Origin: Camelus ferus
Taxonomy: Eukaryota
DNA: 64,000 nucleotides
Direction of reading: 5' to 3'
NCBI RefSeq assembly: GCF_009834535.1
Contig: NC_045697.1
Coordinates: 10,790,001-10,854,000, forward strand
Position numbers and translations under genes: made by a program. The notes below the pieces were generated by a model that had not been told where the DNA came from, made no database searches, and worked only from the letters and a program-made list of their open reading frames with translations. Position 1 is the stretch's first letter, and each line of letters starts with the position of its first letter. Of this stretch, positions 36,931 to 47,460 are shown one piece after another.

Positions 36931-39239
36931 ATTTAAGAAAACTCCTCAAACCCCAAAAGCAGAGAGCAAAAACCAAAACAACCAAACCAAACAGTGCCAT
37001 GGGGATTTGGTGATTCAGAGAGGGGACAGATATGAGGCCTTTTTGGGCAGGATGCGATGGGAATGGGCAAGACCACCGCGGAAGCATAGTCTGCTTACCT
37101 CTGAACATGGCGAGGTTTCTTTTCCACGGAGCTCCCTAAACATCTAATCATGTTCAATTTTGTGTGGCTAGTGTTTTAACTATGCATTTTATATCTGTGA
37201 ATAGATTTAAAAAATTATGGGAGAAAAATAAGGGAGAAAGGGATCATGATTGTCACTTTGTTTCAACTTAGAAGCTGACTGAGTATAGCAGGACAGGCGG
37301 AAAATATCTGTGTCTCCTAGTCTCCCCCTGAAGACTTACAGATTTTTTATGGGACTCTACCTGAACTAATATTTATCCAGCTCCTGTTGGGTGAGAGGCA
37401 GTGTCCTGGGTGCCAGAGTAAAACAGCGAACTGGACCCATCGTCCCTGTCTTCAGAAGAAGAGAGGCCAGGCTGGAACCTTACTGATACCTAAATTTCCT
37501 CCCATTCAAGCCCTGTGTTAACCTCCGCCCTGCCCCTAACCTGTTTTTATATCAGCATGTGGCCGAGGTGGTGGTTTCCCTCTGTTGAAATGGCCCTGCT
37601 CAGTAAGCATTTTAAGGAGAAAGGTCATTATGCCCACATCTGGCGGTGCTCAGAACTCGGACTGTCAGCTACCTGGCACCTTTGCAGGCAGGGGGTGAGG
37701 AGCTCGGTGCCAGAACTGTGGAGGAAGAAAGACCCACACCCACCGCCCCCCGCTGAAACCCACAGGGCGCAGCCTAGTAAGTGCTGCGGAAGTCTCCCTG
37801 GAGCCTTCCAACCCTGACGCCTCTTGCGAGTGGGCCTCCTCCACGACTGTCTGCCTCTGTTTCAGGGCCCGCTTCCCCTGCACCAGCGGAGATTTCCCTG
37901 CTGGGAGCTCATCACGAGACACCCTCCACGGCAGCCCTGTTTCTGAGCAGCCCTGCTTTGGCTGCGGGGCATCACCATCCCCTGTTCCCAAGCCTCTTCT
38001 CGCTCAGTGAGCTGCACTTGGAGCCCACGGCCCCTGCTGGTGTCAGAGACGACCTCTCTCTGAGGTTGTAGGGAACCAAATGAGCTTTCATCTAGTTGGG
38101 CTCAGGGTCTTTTCAGGGACTGCATCACTGGTGAGCCAGCAGCCCATGACCTAAGAGGATGGAACCACTTGTGTCCACTACTGGGCTTGGTGAGGAAGGG
38201 CAAGGTCAGCTTCTCCTCTCTGATTCAGACCTATTTTGAAATACACCTGTGCCTTGATGATATCCACCACCATCACAGCTCAACCAAGACATCTCTAGGC
38301 ACCAGGAAGTCCTGAGTGCAAAGCACAGTGTGTGATGGAGTCTGGGACTGAGATTCATAGACTTTTTGATTGCCTGCTCTCCTCGGCAGCTGGGAGCTCA
38401 AGTATCTCACTCAAGAGTATGAATTGTCCCACTATCTTCAAATCCAGAGCTGTGTAGAGGGTTAAACTTTAAGAGTCTGCTGATGGACTCTCAAACACCC
38501 AGTGGATCCAGCTCCTGGGAACTGGTTCAAGTTAACGCGCATCAGAGAGGCTGCCTTTGGAGAACCTCTCAGAATGCTTTGGGCAGGGCCTGGGAGGCAT
38601 CCCACCCCAGCCCTGGGGAAGGGCCAGGAGGCGGAGCAGCAGCAGAAGCGGGTACTGACCAAGGTTTTCTAGGAGAAGTGGGATGAGGCATGAGGCAGGA
38701 ACCTCTCCTCAGACTGAGACTTCCTTGGAAGCCATCTAAGAGCCCAGCAGGGACCAGGGGGAGACTTGCGGTCCTGCACTGGGGAGTCTGCCATCAGACA
38801 AGCACTTACGTGTTCTGCAGGACTAGTTTCCCCGAGCCAGGAGGCCTGAGAGAGCAAAGATTCATGCAGTTTAATTTTTCGGCAGGGTGTGAGTGACCGC
38901 TGGGAGGAATGGTCAGGCATAGTCTGTACACGCTCATAGTTACTGACACACTCATAGTATCTGCAGCAAAGGCAATCAAACCTATCTATGCTTGGCAGGC
39001 TCTAAGTAAAGCTCTAAAGGAGGAATACTGGGGAAAAAAAAAACAAACCCAAACTGAATAAAGGCAATATCACGGGAGTATCTGTCGCCCCAGAGGGACT
39101 CCTTTGGATGCTATATAACTCCTTGTACACAGATGCCAAGTAAGTGTATTGAGTCATTATTTAAAAAAATCTCATTTGCCTACCCACATAAGCTGTTTTT
39201 CAGAAGTCTTAGTAATCACATTTTCCGTGCTTACAATGC

Positions 39240-39440
39240 TTGCTGGTGTCAGGCTCGGCTCTGTGCATTCCGCACGTATAACTCACTCATCCTCCCAGTC
39301 TTCCTGGAAGGAGTGTATTCCTGCTGTCTTCGTTTCACTTGTAAGCAGTTTGCCCAAGGTCATGCCGCCCTGAAGGGAGGAAGTGAGGTTCCAGCCCACG
39401 CACGTGATCTGGGTTTGGAGCTTGGCTCTTAACCGCTACC
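39240..39440 (-). mobile_element. MIR SINE
   Basis: actcactcatcctccc...gtttgcccaaggtcat...gagcttggctcttaaccgctac. Confidence 0.55.
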
Positions 39441-40529
39441 TCCGCTGCGGCTGGTGATGGCATCCACTCACAGGATATTTTCAAATTGAAACTGACCACA
39501 AACAATCTGAAGAAACAGCTCCAATTTACCAGATAACCATTACCTTCTCCCCACCCTCCCCCACAGTGAATGCCGTGCAGATCTGGCTTAGAATTCTTAG
39601 AGATGTGTATCCAACTAGGGGTCTTTTTTGGCTAGGATCATGTAAAGGAGAATTTGTTCAAGGGATGTTGTGTTGATCGGGGAAATAAAGGGAAGCTGGA
39701 GAATCTGACCTAAAAACAGGATGGGAGGAGCCACAAACACAAATCCTGTCCGCTGTGGGCGTATAAGCAGCAGGAATGCCTCAAAATTTTGGGAACTGCT
39801 GCTGGAATAATGGACTCCATTTACATGAGTCTTGGGGAAAGCAATCTGATTGTCCAAGCTCAGGTCACATGCCCTTCCAGTGGTTGCACAGACTGGAGAG
39901 AAAGGTTTTGATGGAAGGAGACTTTGGGTACTTCTGCCCTGAGCTAGAAAGTGCAGGACTTCAGTTGTGGGAAGAAGGGGCCTCTGTTTCCCCATAGCAT
40001 GGCCTGGGCACGGGGGTGTGAAGGGGGCAGTGGACAGAGAGAGAAGGAGGCAAATTTGAAAGCGATTCTAATAGAACACGTGGGTGGTAAAGTAAGACTG
40101 AAACTTGGGTGATAGAAGAGAGATGGGTGAGAACAAAAAAGTATTTAAGAGGAAGACTTACCAGCAGTTTGCTTCCTCTTTGTCTTCCTTTATTCTTCAG
40201 GTTCTGAGCCATTGGCTCCTGCCCCAGGTATATTTGGGCAACTCTGAGAATGAAAGATTGTCTATTTCCATGTCTATCTTCTGGCCTGAAGACCCTCAAA
40301 CATGGACCATTTTTCTCAAGTTCTAAATCTCATCTTAGTATGATTTTGTTCCCCAGTATTTTCAATCCCAAGTCATTTTACTTCTGATAGGGACTGCAGC
40401 AAGTACAGTTTATCTTTTTAGCAGAAATGTAATTTCAGACACAGACCATGCCCCTTGATTACAAGCAAAATCAAACCTAATATTAGCTTGGATTTATTTT
40501 ACTGTTAATATTATTTACTTTCTGAAAAC

Positions 40530-40930
40530 AGACTAACCCCAATTAGCATCGTGAATTGTCTGCCCTGTAATGACCGGCTATTCCATTCTATTACATTACT
40601 GAAATCATTTGCATAGTAATTATGGTTTAGCTATATTGGTAAGTGGAATTGTTTCCCTTCTAGTAATGTGGTGCGATGGTCTCTCATTAATCACATGGAA
40701 AACCTTGCCAGATGGCAGAATTAAGGAAGTACAGTAATACACTCCCACTGAACTCACGGTCATTTGAGGCTCGAAGCCAGTGTTTCAGTTTGCTCCATCA
40801 TCTTCCCTCTAATGTGTTTTAGTTTCTCAACCACTCATGCAACGGATAAACAACCTGAGTTGCAAATGTGATTGGTCTCGGGAAATTTTATTTAAAAATT
40901 CAGTAATGCAAATTACCCATCTCGTCCTCT
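40530..40930. promoter_or_regulatory. Candidate enhancer block (two perfect octamers, several TAAT cores)
   Basis: No repeat recognised. ATTTGCAT at 40607-40614 and ATGCAAAT at 40906-40913. Motif-level inference only. Confidence 0.3.
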
Positions 40931-41017
40931 CCTCTCTGCATCTCTCCCTCCTCCAATATGATCAGTGAAGCCTGGGAGCAAATATCGCAGGCTATCAAGG
41001 CAATTGAGGCATATTTA

Positions 41018-41019
<2 letters not shown>

Positions 41020-41066
<47 letters not shown>
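41020..41066. repeat. (GT)23 microsatellite
   Basis: Perfect array, read directly. Confidence 0.97.
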
Positions 41067-41068
<2 letters not shown>

Positions 41069-41509
41069 CATCTCCTCTAAGTAACCTAAATGCAGTGTAG
41101 GGAAATCTGAGCTTGCATAACAAAACAAAGCAAAACTGGGACTTCGCCCTCACCTTACAGAAAGATTCTTTTAAAAATGTCTGAATCCCAAGAGCCCAAG
41201 GTGCAATTAAAATATTGCTTAATCTCTAGAGTTTTAATTTTTTCGAAACATTAATTCAACAAAACAATCTACATTCATGTACACACACCACATGCATGTT
41301 CACACACCACATGCATGCACACACAGACACAGATGCTCACGGATGCGTATACATCACCCGAACGTTACCCGAGGTGGGAAGGCGTAATGGAAAGAAAGCA
41401 GACACGGAGCCAGAAGGGGTGGTCCGTCCTTGGCTATGATTTTGTGGAAGTCATTCTATCTATCTGACCACTAGTTTCCTCATCTGTGAAACAGCAATAA
41501 TAACCTATC

Positions 41510-41696
41510 AGTATTAGTTGGGATAATACTCTGTCCTCATGTGGTCTTGCTTCTTGGAGAGAGAAATATCTTTGGTGTCTCCTCCTCTTCTTACAGAAAG
41601 TCAGTCTGTTGGATTAGGGCCCCATCCTTATGACTGCAAGTCCCTGTCTTTGAACAGAGTCCGATTGTGGGTTAGGGATTCAGCATACGAATTTGC

Positions 41697-41735
<39 letters not shown>

Positions 41736-41768
41736 GCAGAGCTGTGGGACACATTTCAGTCCATAACA
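41510..41768 (-). mobile_element. MLT1A/B/C-type LTR fragment containing (GT)17 at 41701-41734
   Basis: ttggattagggccccatccttatgac...gggttagggattcagcatacgaattt...gggacacatttcagtccataaca (reversed LTR 5' end). Confidence 0.7.
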
Positions 41769-42059
41769 AAAGGCCTAACTGGACTTCCAGGCATACTTCT
41801 TTCTTGTTCAAGCCAGTCGGAGTTACAGTCTACAGTTACTTGCAGCCAAAACCCTCCTAAGTGATAAAATTATCACATTAAAACACCTTTACCTGAAGAG
41901 TTCAAATTGGATGCAGATTTTTGTGTTTATGTATATTTTCAGAACTACCATCAGGTTATAAATGGACCTCTGATCTTGAAAAGAGTAAAAGTCACTGATG
42001 GACTGTCACAATCTGGGTGAACAGCCACTTAATCATCTATTTCTCTTTGATCCGTCCAC

Positions 42060-42342
42060 ATCGGGGCCTGTAATCTCCCTTCAGATCCAAGGAATGTAAA
42101 CGAGTGAAGGTGGCAAATGTAAAGCAAAGGACAGTGATGATACTATTTGGGACCTGGAGAGCTCATGCTCCCTCTGCTTCCAAGGACAGAACCACGTCTC
42201 AAATCCGTTCAGTTGTCCCTCATGGAAGGCAAGAATCTGGATTATCATGCAAAATTCTCCAATTATTTTAAAATATTGTTTGGGCAAACAAAATGGTCAT
42301 CATGTTAAACATAACCCTTGGGCTTCCACATTTCAACCACTG
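42060..42342 (+). mobile_element. MER102-like hAT DNA transposon
   Basis: aatgtaaacgagtgaagg...ctggagagctcatgctcc...gggcaaacaaaa...tttcaaccactg resembles MER102. Confidence 0.55.
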
Positions 42343-42508
42343 GTTTAAAATAGAGGAACTTTCAGACCAGGTAACAATAACTCCTTGAATAAAAGTCACA
42401 GAATGCGGCCTTATTAATGAATCATTGTAAAATCTCCTGTCTCAATTTCTTGTGCTCCAGCATCCAGCACAGTGTTTGACTTAGAGTGTATCCTCAAAAA
42501 TATTTTCT

Positions 42509-42933
42509 TTTCTTTTCTTTTTATCTTTTTAGTCTTTTGAGGAATCTCCATACTGTTTCCCACAGTGGCTGCACCAAACCACATTCTCATCAACAGTGTA
42601 GGAGGGTTCCCTTTTCTCCACACCGTCTCCAGCATTTATTGTTTGTGGGCTTTTTAATGGTGGCCATTCTGATGGGAGTGAGGTGATACCTCATTGTAGT
42701 TTTTTTTCTTTTTTTAAAATTGAAGTATAATCAGTTTACAACATTGTGTCAATTTCTGGTGTACAGCGTAATGTGCCAGTCATACATATACATACATATA
42801 TTCCTTTTCATATTCTTTTTCATTATAGGTTACTACAAGATATTGAATATAGTTCCCTGTGCTATACAGTAGAAACTTTTTGTTTATTTTATATATAATA
42901 GTTAGCATCTGCAAATCTCAGGCTCCCTCCCCC
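42509..42933 (-). mobile_element. Composite L1 insertion (L1 3' end + L1 ORF2 piece + A-rich tail) within an L2 tail
   Basis: Single TSD aaatattttct (42498-42508 / 42934-42944) encloses two L1 segments in non-native order. Confidence 0.8.
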
Positions 42934-43189
42934 AAATATTTTCTAATGAGTGAATAAATTAGTGACTACCTTAAGTACTCAAGAGTCAAAGCATTGCTTG
43001 TATCCTTTGTCCCCTATGCTGTTTCTTATTTCTTTGCTTTTTAGGGAGCTCACAAAATAACAAAATAACAGTAACAGTATAACCCCTCATCTCTGTGGTA
43101 CTTTACAGTTTACAGAGCACTTTTGGGTAGAGCGTTTCAGTCAGGAGAGGTCACTGCAAGAAAGACTGGCAGCATCTTGTAAGCACAAA

Positions 43190-43402
43190 GGGAAGAAGCA
43201 TTAGGAAGAAGACTTTGCTGAGACCTGTGGGGTGGAGACGTGGCGAGATCCATTGTCCTTAATGACATCACTGAGCCACTGAGGGTACCGTTGCCCGCAT
43301 CGTTGCCTGTCCGTGGACTCCCATGTATATATCCTTCTTATTTGAAGCAGTTGAGTTTGGGTCCTCCACTAATTACAGCTAAACACCTCTTAAGTGATAC
43401 AA
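43190..43402 (+). mobile_element. MLT1 (J/K-like) LTR 3' part
   Basis: gtccttaatgacatcactgagccactg...ttgaagcagttgagtttggg...acagctaaacacctcttaagtgatac. Confidence 0.5.
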
Positions 43403-43576
43403 CTATTGTGTCACGGAGATCTTACCTGGGGGGATCTTTACCTGGGTGATTTACTAGAGGTAAGGAATAGATGTTAAGCAAGGGAAAAGCTAGACTATCT
43501 CTTGGACAAAGTTAGCAAGAGGTAGAAACGTGACTGAAATTGTTTCTGACTCCAGCCTGAAGTTCTCTACACTACT

Positions 43577-43725
43577 AGAAGAGTGGACAAACATTATGTA
43601 AAGTTCAAAACAGTAAATATTTTAGGTTTCCAGGCCTTAGGTTTCCGCCACAGCTGCTCAACTCTGCAGCTGTAGTGACAGCATCAATGAACGACACACA
43701 AATGAACGCTGGGCTGTGATCCCGC
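43577..43725 (+). mobile_element. MER58A-like hAT DNA transposon fragment
   Basis: cagtaaatattttaggtttccaggcc...cagctgctcaactctgc...aaatgaacgctgggctgtgatcc. Confidence 0.7.
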
Positions 43726-43829
43726 GTGTATTGCAGGTGAAATGAGGATTCCAGTCCCAAGTCCCCTTGTTTCCTTGGCCTATTATTCAACAATAACTTT
43801 GAAAATGATATTTATTTACTGGGAAAACC

Positions 43830-43995
43830 ATTAGCCTGGAAGGTAGGAATCTTAGCTTCTTTTCTTGGATTTCTGACAATCTGCCTGGTGATCTTGGACA
43901 CGTCTTTTTGCCTCTCGAGACCTCAGTTTATTTACACACAGACTGAAGGAGTTGCAGAAGGAGACTGTAGAGGTCCTTTCTAATTCCCAATCCCT
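43830..43995 (+). mobile_element. MIR (MIR3-like) SINE
   Basis: gtgatcttggacacgtc...tgcctctcgagacctcagttt...aggtcctttcta. Confidence 0.5.
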
Positions 43996-44244
43996 GTTTA
44001 TTTATTTCTCTTCTTCACTAGAGAGTGAATTCATGGAGGGTGGATACCACACCTGCCTTGTTCATCATTTTATCCCAACACTGAGCAGCAGTGTTCAGTA
44101 GACCAGTGGGCACCCAATTAAATCTTACAGAACACGTAAATGAACTTCAATTCCAAGTCAGTTTGCTTCAGTGGCCATTTTTTCCTCCATCAAGTGGTCT
44201 CTAAATTCCTTTCATTCTTTGGTTCTGTGAGGCAGCTACAGAAT

Positions 44245-44420
44245 AATAATGAAGTGAGTCCTAGAATTGGTGTCAGTATTGACTCTTTTCTGCTTGCAAC
44301 TTGGATAATGACTCTGAGCCTCAGTTCCCTTATCTCCAAATTAATAAAATAATTTCCACTTCATAGATTTGTAATATTGAGTAAGTTTGACAATTTATGT
44401 GAAAATGCTTTTGTAAGCTC
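44245..44420 (+). mobile_element. MIR SINE
   Basis: ctctgagcctcagttcccttatct...cttcatagatttgtaa...tatgtgaaaatgcttttgtaa. Confidence 0.55.
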
Positions 44421-44828
44421 AAAAATATGATATGAGCTATGATTAGAATGATATTGAACATTGTAAAGTTCTTGGCATAAGCAGTGAGTTCTAGGTTTAA
44501 TTTAATTTTATATCTATTAATAATAGGCATCTTGAATTATTACTGAGAGGTAATGATGGCAACAATCTTCCTTAGATAAAAAGTGGTTGCTTCTTCAGGC
44601 AAAATGTGAACACTTAAGACTATAAATAAATTATATCTTTTTATCCTCATAAAATATTAAGGAGAATCACTAATATTATTTTTAATTTAGAACAACTGAA
44701 AGACAATGAAAAATTCTATGCTGGGTTCTGGAAAATTAAAGAAAAAGAAAAATCATTTATGTTGGAACAAAAGAAGTAATAGTAGAAAATTAAACATTAT
44801 GAAAGAGTATATTTTAAAAGCTGTCAGT

Positions 44829-44945
44829 GGGACAGGGTATAGTTCAAGCAGTAGAGTGCATGCATGAGGTCCTGGGTTCAATCCCCAGTACTACCATTAA
44901 AAATAAATAAACCTAATTACCTCCCCTAGCCGAATTAAAAAAAAA
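44829..44945 (+). mobile_element. Vic-1-type SINE with a 9-bp internal deletion
   Basis: gggacagggtatagttcaagcagtagagtgcatgc^atgaggtcctgggttcaatccccagtac...aaacctaattacctcccc plus poly(A). TSD aaaagctgtcagt (44816-44828) / aaaagctgttggc (44946-44958). Confidence 0.88.
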
Positions 44946-45739
44946 AAAAGCTGTTGGCCATAATTCAATTCAGTTGATTAGCAATGGCATTGGTGAGAGG
45001 TCACACTCTGCATAGCATGTCCTACTAAATTTTAAAAATCTACTAGAAGGGTCTGAGAAAAGATATGTAGGTATTATTAACAAATGAAAAGACAGAAGGA
45101 AAAATAGTGAATCTAAAAAATCTTTTAGAGAAGATTGTGAATTTCACAAAAGCAGAGAATAATGTCATTAAAGGGTAAAAAGAAGTTTTTGAATATAAGT
45201 GTATTACAAAGATATTTCTTTAAGTCAAAGGAGGTAGAAAATGTAAGTTGACTTACCAAGATGACTTTCAACACTGAGATGTCTTTATTACAAGGAAGAA
45301 ATGACATATGCAAATTTTATTTACATGCCATTTCCAAATAGAGGGGGGCATCAAGGTTGGAAATACCCAGATTAATGAATAGCCTAGGTTATCTCTGAAA
45401 GGTCCATAAAATGAAATTTCTTATCTTGAATCTCATTTTCAGTGCTTTCCATTATATAACTGGAGACTCATGTTGACTAAAGGCCAATAATTCACACAAC
45501 GGATACGTAAATTTGTTTCCCACAGTTTGCAGGGAACAGTTCTAGATGTGAGGCTACAGCAGCAAGCCGAATGGACGGGCCTTGCTTTCCCACAGCACCT
45601 CGTCTCAGGTGTTCATTCATTGGCCGATTCCCTGGGGAGCTTACTCTTTCCCAGGACTTGAAGTTCAAAGGAGGAAAAGTCGGCCACAGTCCCAGCCTTC
45701 TTCGTCCATACAGATGAGTGAGGATAGCGCAGCCATCGA

Positions 45740-45960
45740 CTCTAGTCACTGCTTACGGGGCCAGGCAGCGTGCTCAACAGCTACGTTCTATACCAATTCT
45801 CACAGCACTCCGATGTTGATGTTAATATACGAATGAGGAAACTAAGGCTTAGAAATGGTAAAGCAAACTGCCCAAGGCCATATAGCTCACAAGTGGCAGT
45901 CCTGGGGTTCAAACCCAAGTCTCATTGATTCAAAGGCAACACTCTTACCTACTCTGCTGT
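45740..45960 (-). mobile_element. MIR SINE
   Basis: atgaggaaactaaggcttagaaatggtaaagcaaactgcccaaggcc...aagtggcagtcctggggttcaaacccaagtct. Confidence 0.75.
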
Positions 45961-46236
45961 TCCACTTCCTGTTGCTGGAACTATTTCTGGGAAACAAGAT
46001 TGGAGAGCCATGGTGGCTGATGTAATTTTTTGGCTATGCTACCATTCACTAAATTGACAGGGAAGAAGAGAGAGGAAAGGCAAAGAATTTATCTTTGGGG
46101 TCTAACATTTACTGAACATCTGTTAGCTTCAAAGTGATTTACATACAGGATCTCATTTAATTCTTTCAATACCCTTATGAATCAGGCAATCTCGTTTTAT
46201 AAGTATGGAATTCATTGTTTTGGATAGAATAAAAAA

Positions 46237-46377
46237 TTTTTTTGCTTGTTTTTTTTTTCTTTTTTTAAGGGGGGGAAGTAATTAGGTTTATTTATTTTAA
46301 TAGAGGTACTGGGGATTGACCCCAGGACCTTGTGCCATGCTAGCATGGGCTCTACTGCTGAGCTATACCTTGCCCCC
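46237..46377 (-). mobile_element. Vic-1-type SINE
   Basis: T-tail, gtaattaggtttattt, gaggtactggggattgaccccaggacc...gctctactgctgagctatacc. TSD not clearly readable. Confidence 0.85.
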
Positions 46378-46439
46378 TAGAAATGCTTTTAACTAAAAAA
46401 TTCTGAAAAACTGCCTATGGTACATGAAACCAGTAGGGG

Positions 46440-46850
46440 TATGTTTTTCTCACATAAGTTTGGTATTGACTCAGGAGTTCAACAATGTCAGGGTTGGCAT
46501 CTGTGCAATTCTCTTGGCCTTCTCCTCATGACTGCAAGATGGCTGCCACAGTTTCAGCCATCATAGCTGCACTCAAGGCAGGAGGAAGGAGAGAGAGGTA
46601 TGCTAGGTTTGTTGTTGTTGCTGTTGTTGTTGCTGTTGTTTTTTAATTAGAAGAGTGGACTATTCCCTGGAGGCACCCTCCAACCCCAGAAGACTTTCAT
46701 TTACATGCCAGAACATTCTCATGTGGCTATATCAAGCTGCAAGGGAAGTTAGAAAAGTGAACATTTAGCTTTCCATTCATGGCAATGGAAGATGGAAAAA
46801 GAGACAAGAGACGAAAATAAATACTGGATTGGCTAAAAAGAGTATCTGCC
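46440..46850 (-). mobile_element. MLT1 (K/L-like) LTR fragment with (TTG)n
   Basis: ctcatgactgcaagatggctgccacagtttcagccatca...cagaagacttt...agctgcaagggaag. Confidence 0.55.
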
Positions 46851-47244
46851 AGAGTGTACCAGAGAGGCTGAGTAACTTATACAATGTCACAGAGCCATTC
46901 AAACTCATACCTGCTGACTTCCAAAGGGTATGCTTTCACTAAGTCACTGATCCTGATTGGACTCTCCTAACAATCCATGGCAATGGCTTTACAGGGAAAT
47001 TAATAGACAAGATGAATCCAATAGCCATTTGTCTCACAGCCGTGGAGTTGCAGTTATGAAGTTCTCCATGAGGGGCCACATGAGCAGGTGTAGGAACTGG
47101 CTTAGACACAAGAAGTCCCTGGAGTGGAGGTGTTCACCTCCCCAGGTGTTAACCCCTCATGAAGTTCTCCCTGTTTCGTAACTGGTTTTCCAAGCCAACA
47201 TGAAGATTGTTAGAACTAGATAAGAGAGAAAGCTCATGTAGAAA

Positions 47245-47460
47245 TTAATAGCTAACATTTATGGAGCACTTAGGGTCACACGCTGTTATAAGACTTTTAT
47301 ATTTTGTCTTATTTAAACCTTGTAACAACCCTAAGGGATAGAAACTATTATTATTTCATTTTTATTTTTTTTTCTAGAAACGGAAAAAGAGACACAGACT
47401 GCCCTGAGTCAGACAGCTGTACGCGGTGGAGCTGAAATTCCAACCTACCATCTTAGCCAT
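47245..47460 (-). mobile_element. MIR SINE
   Basis: aatagctaacatttatggagcactta...atttaaaccttgtaacaaccctaag. Confidence 0.65.

Noticed and set aside
37634..37650. Third CTCF-like motif (ccgccagatgtgggca on the minus strand)
   Set aside because: The GGC core is disrupted; poor match.
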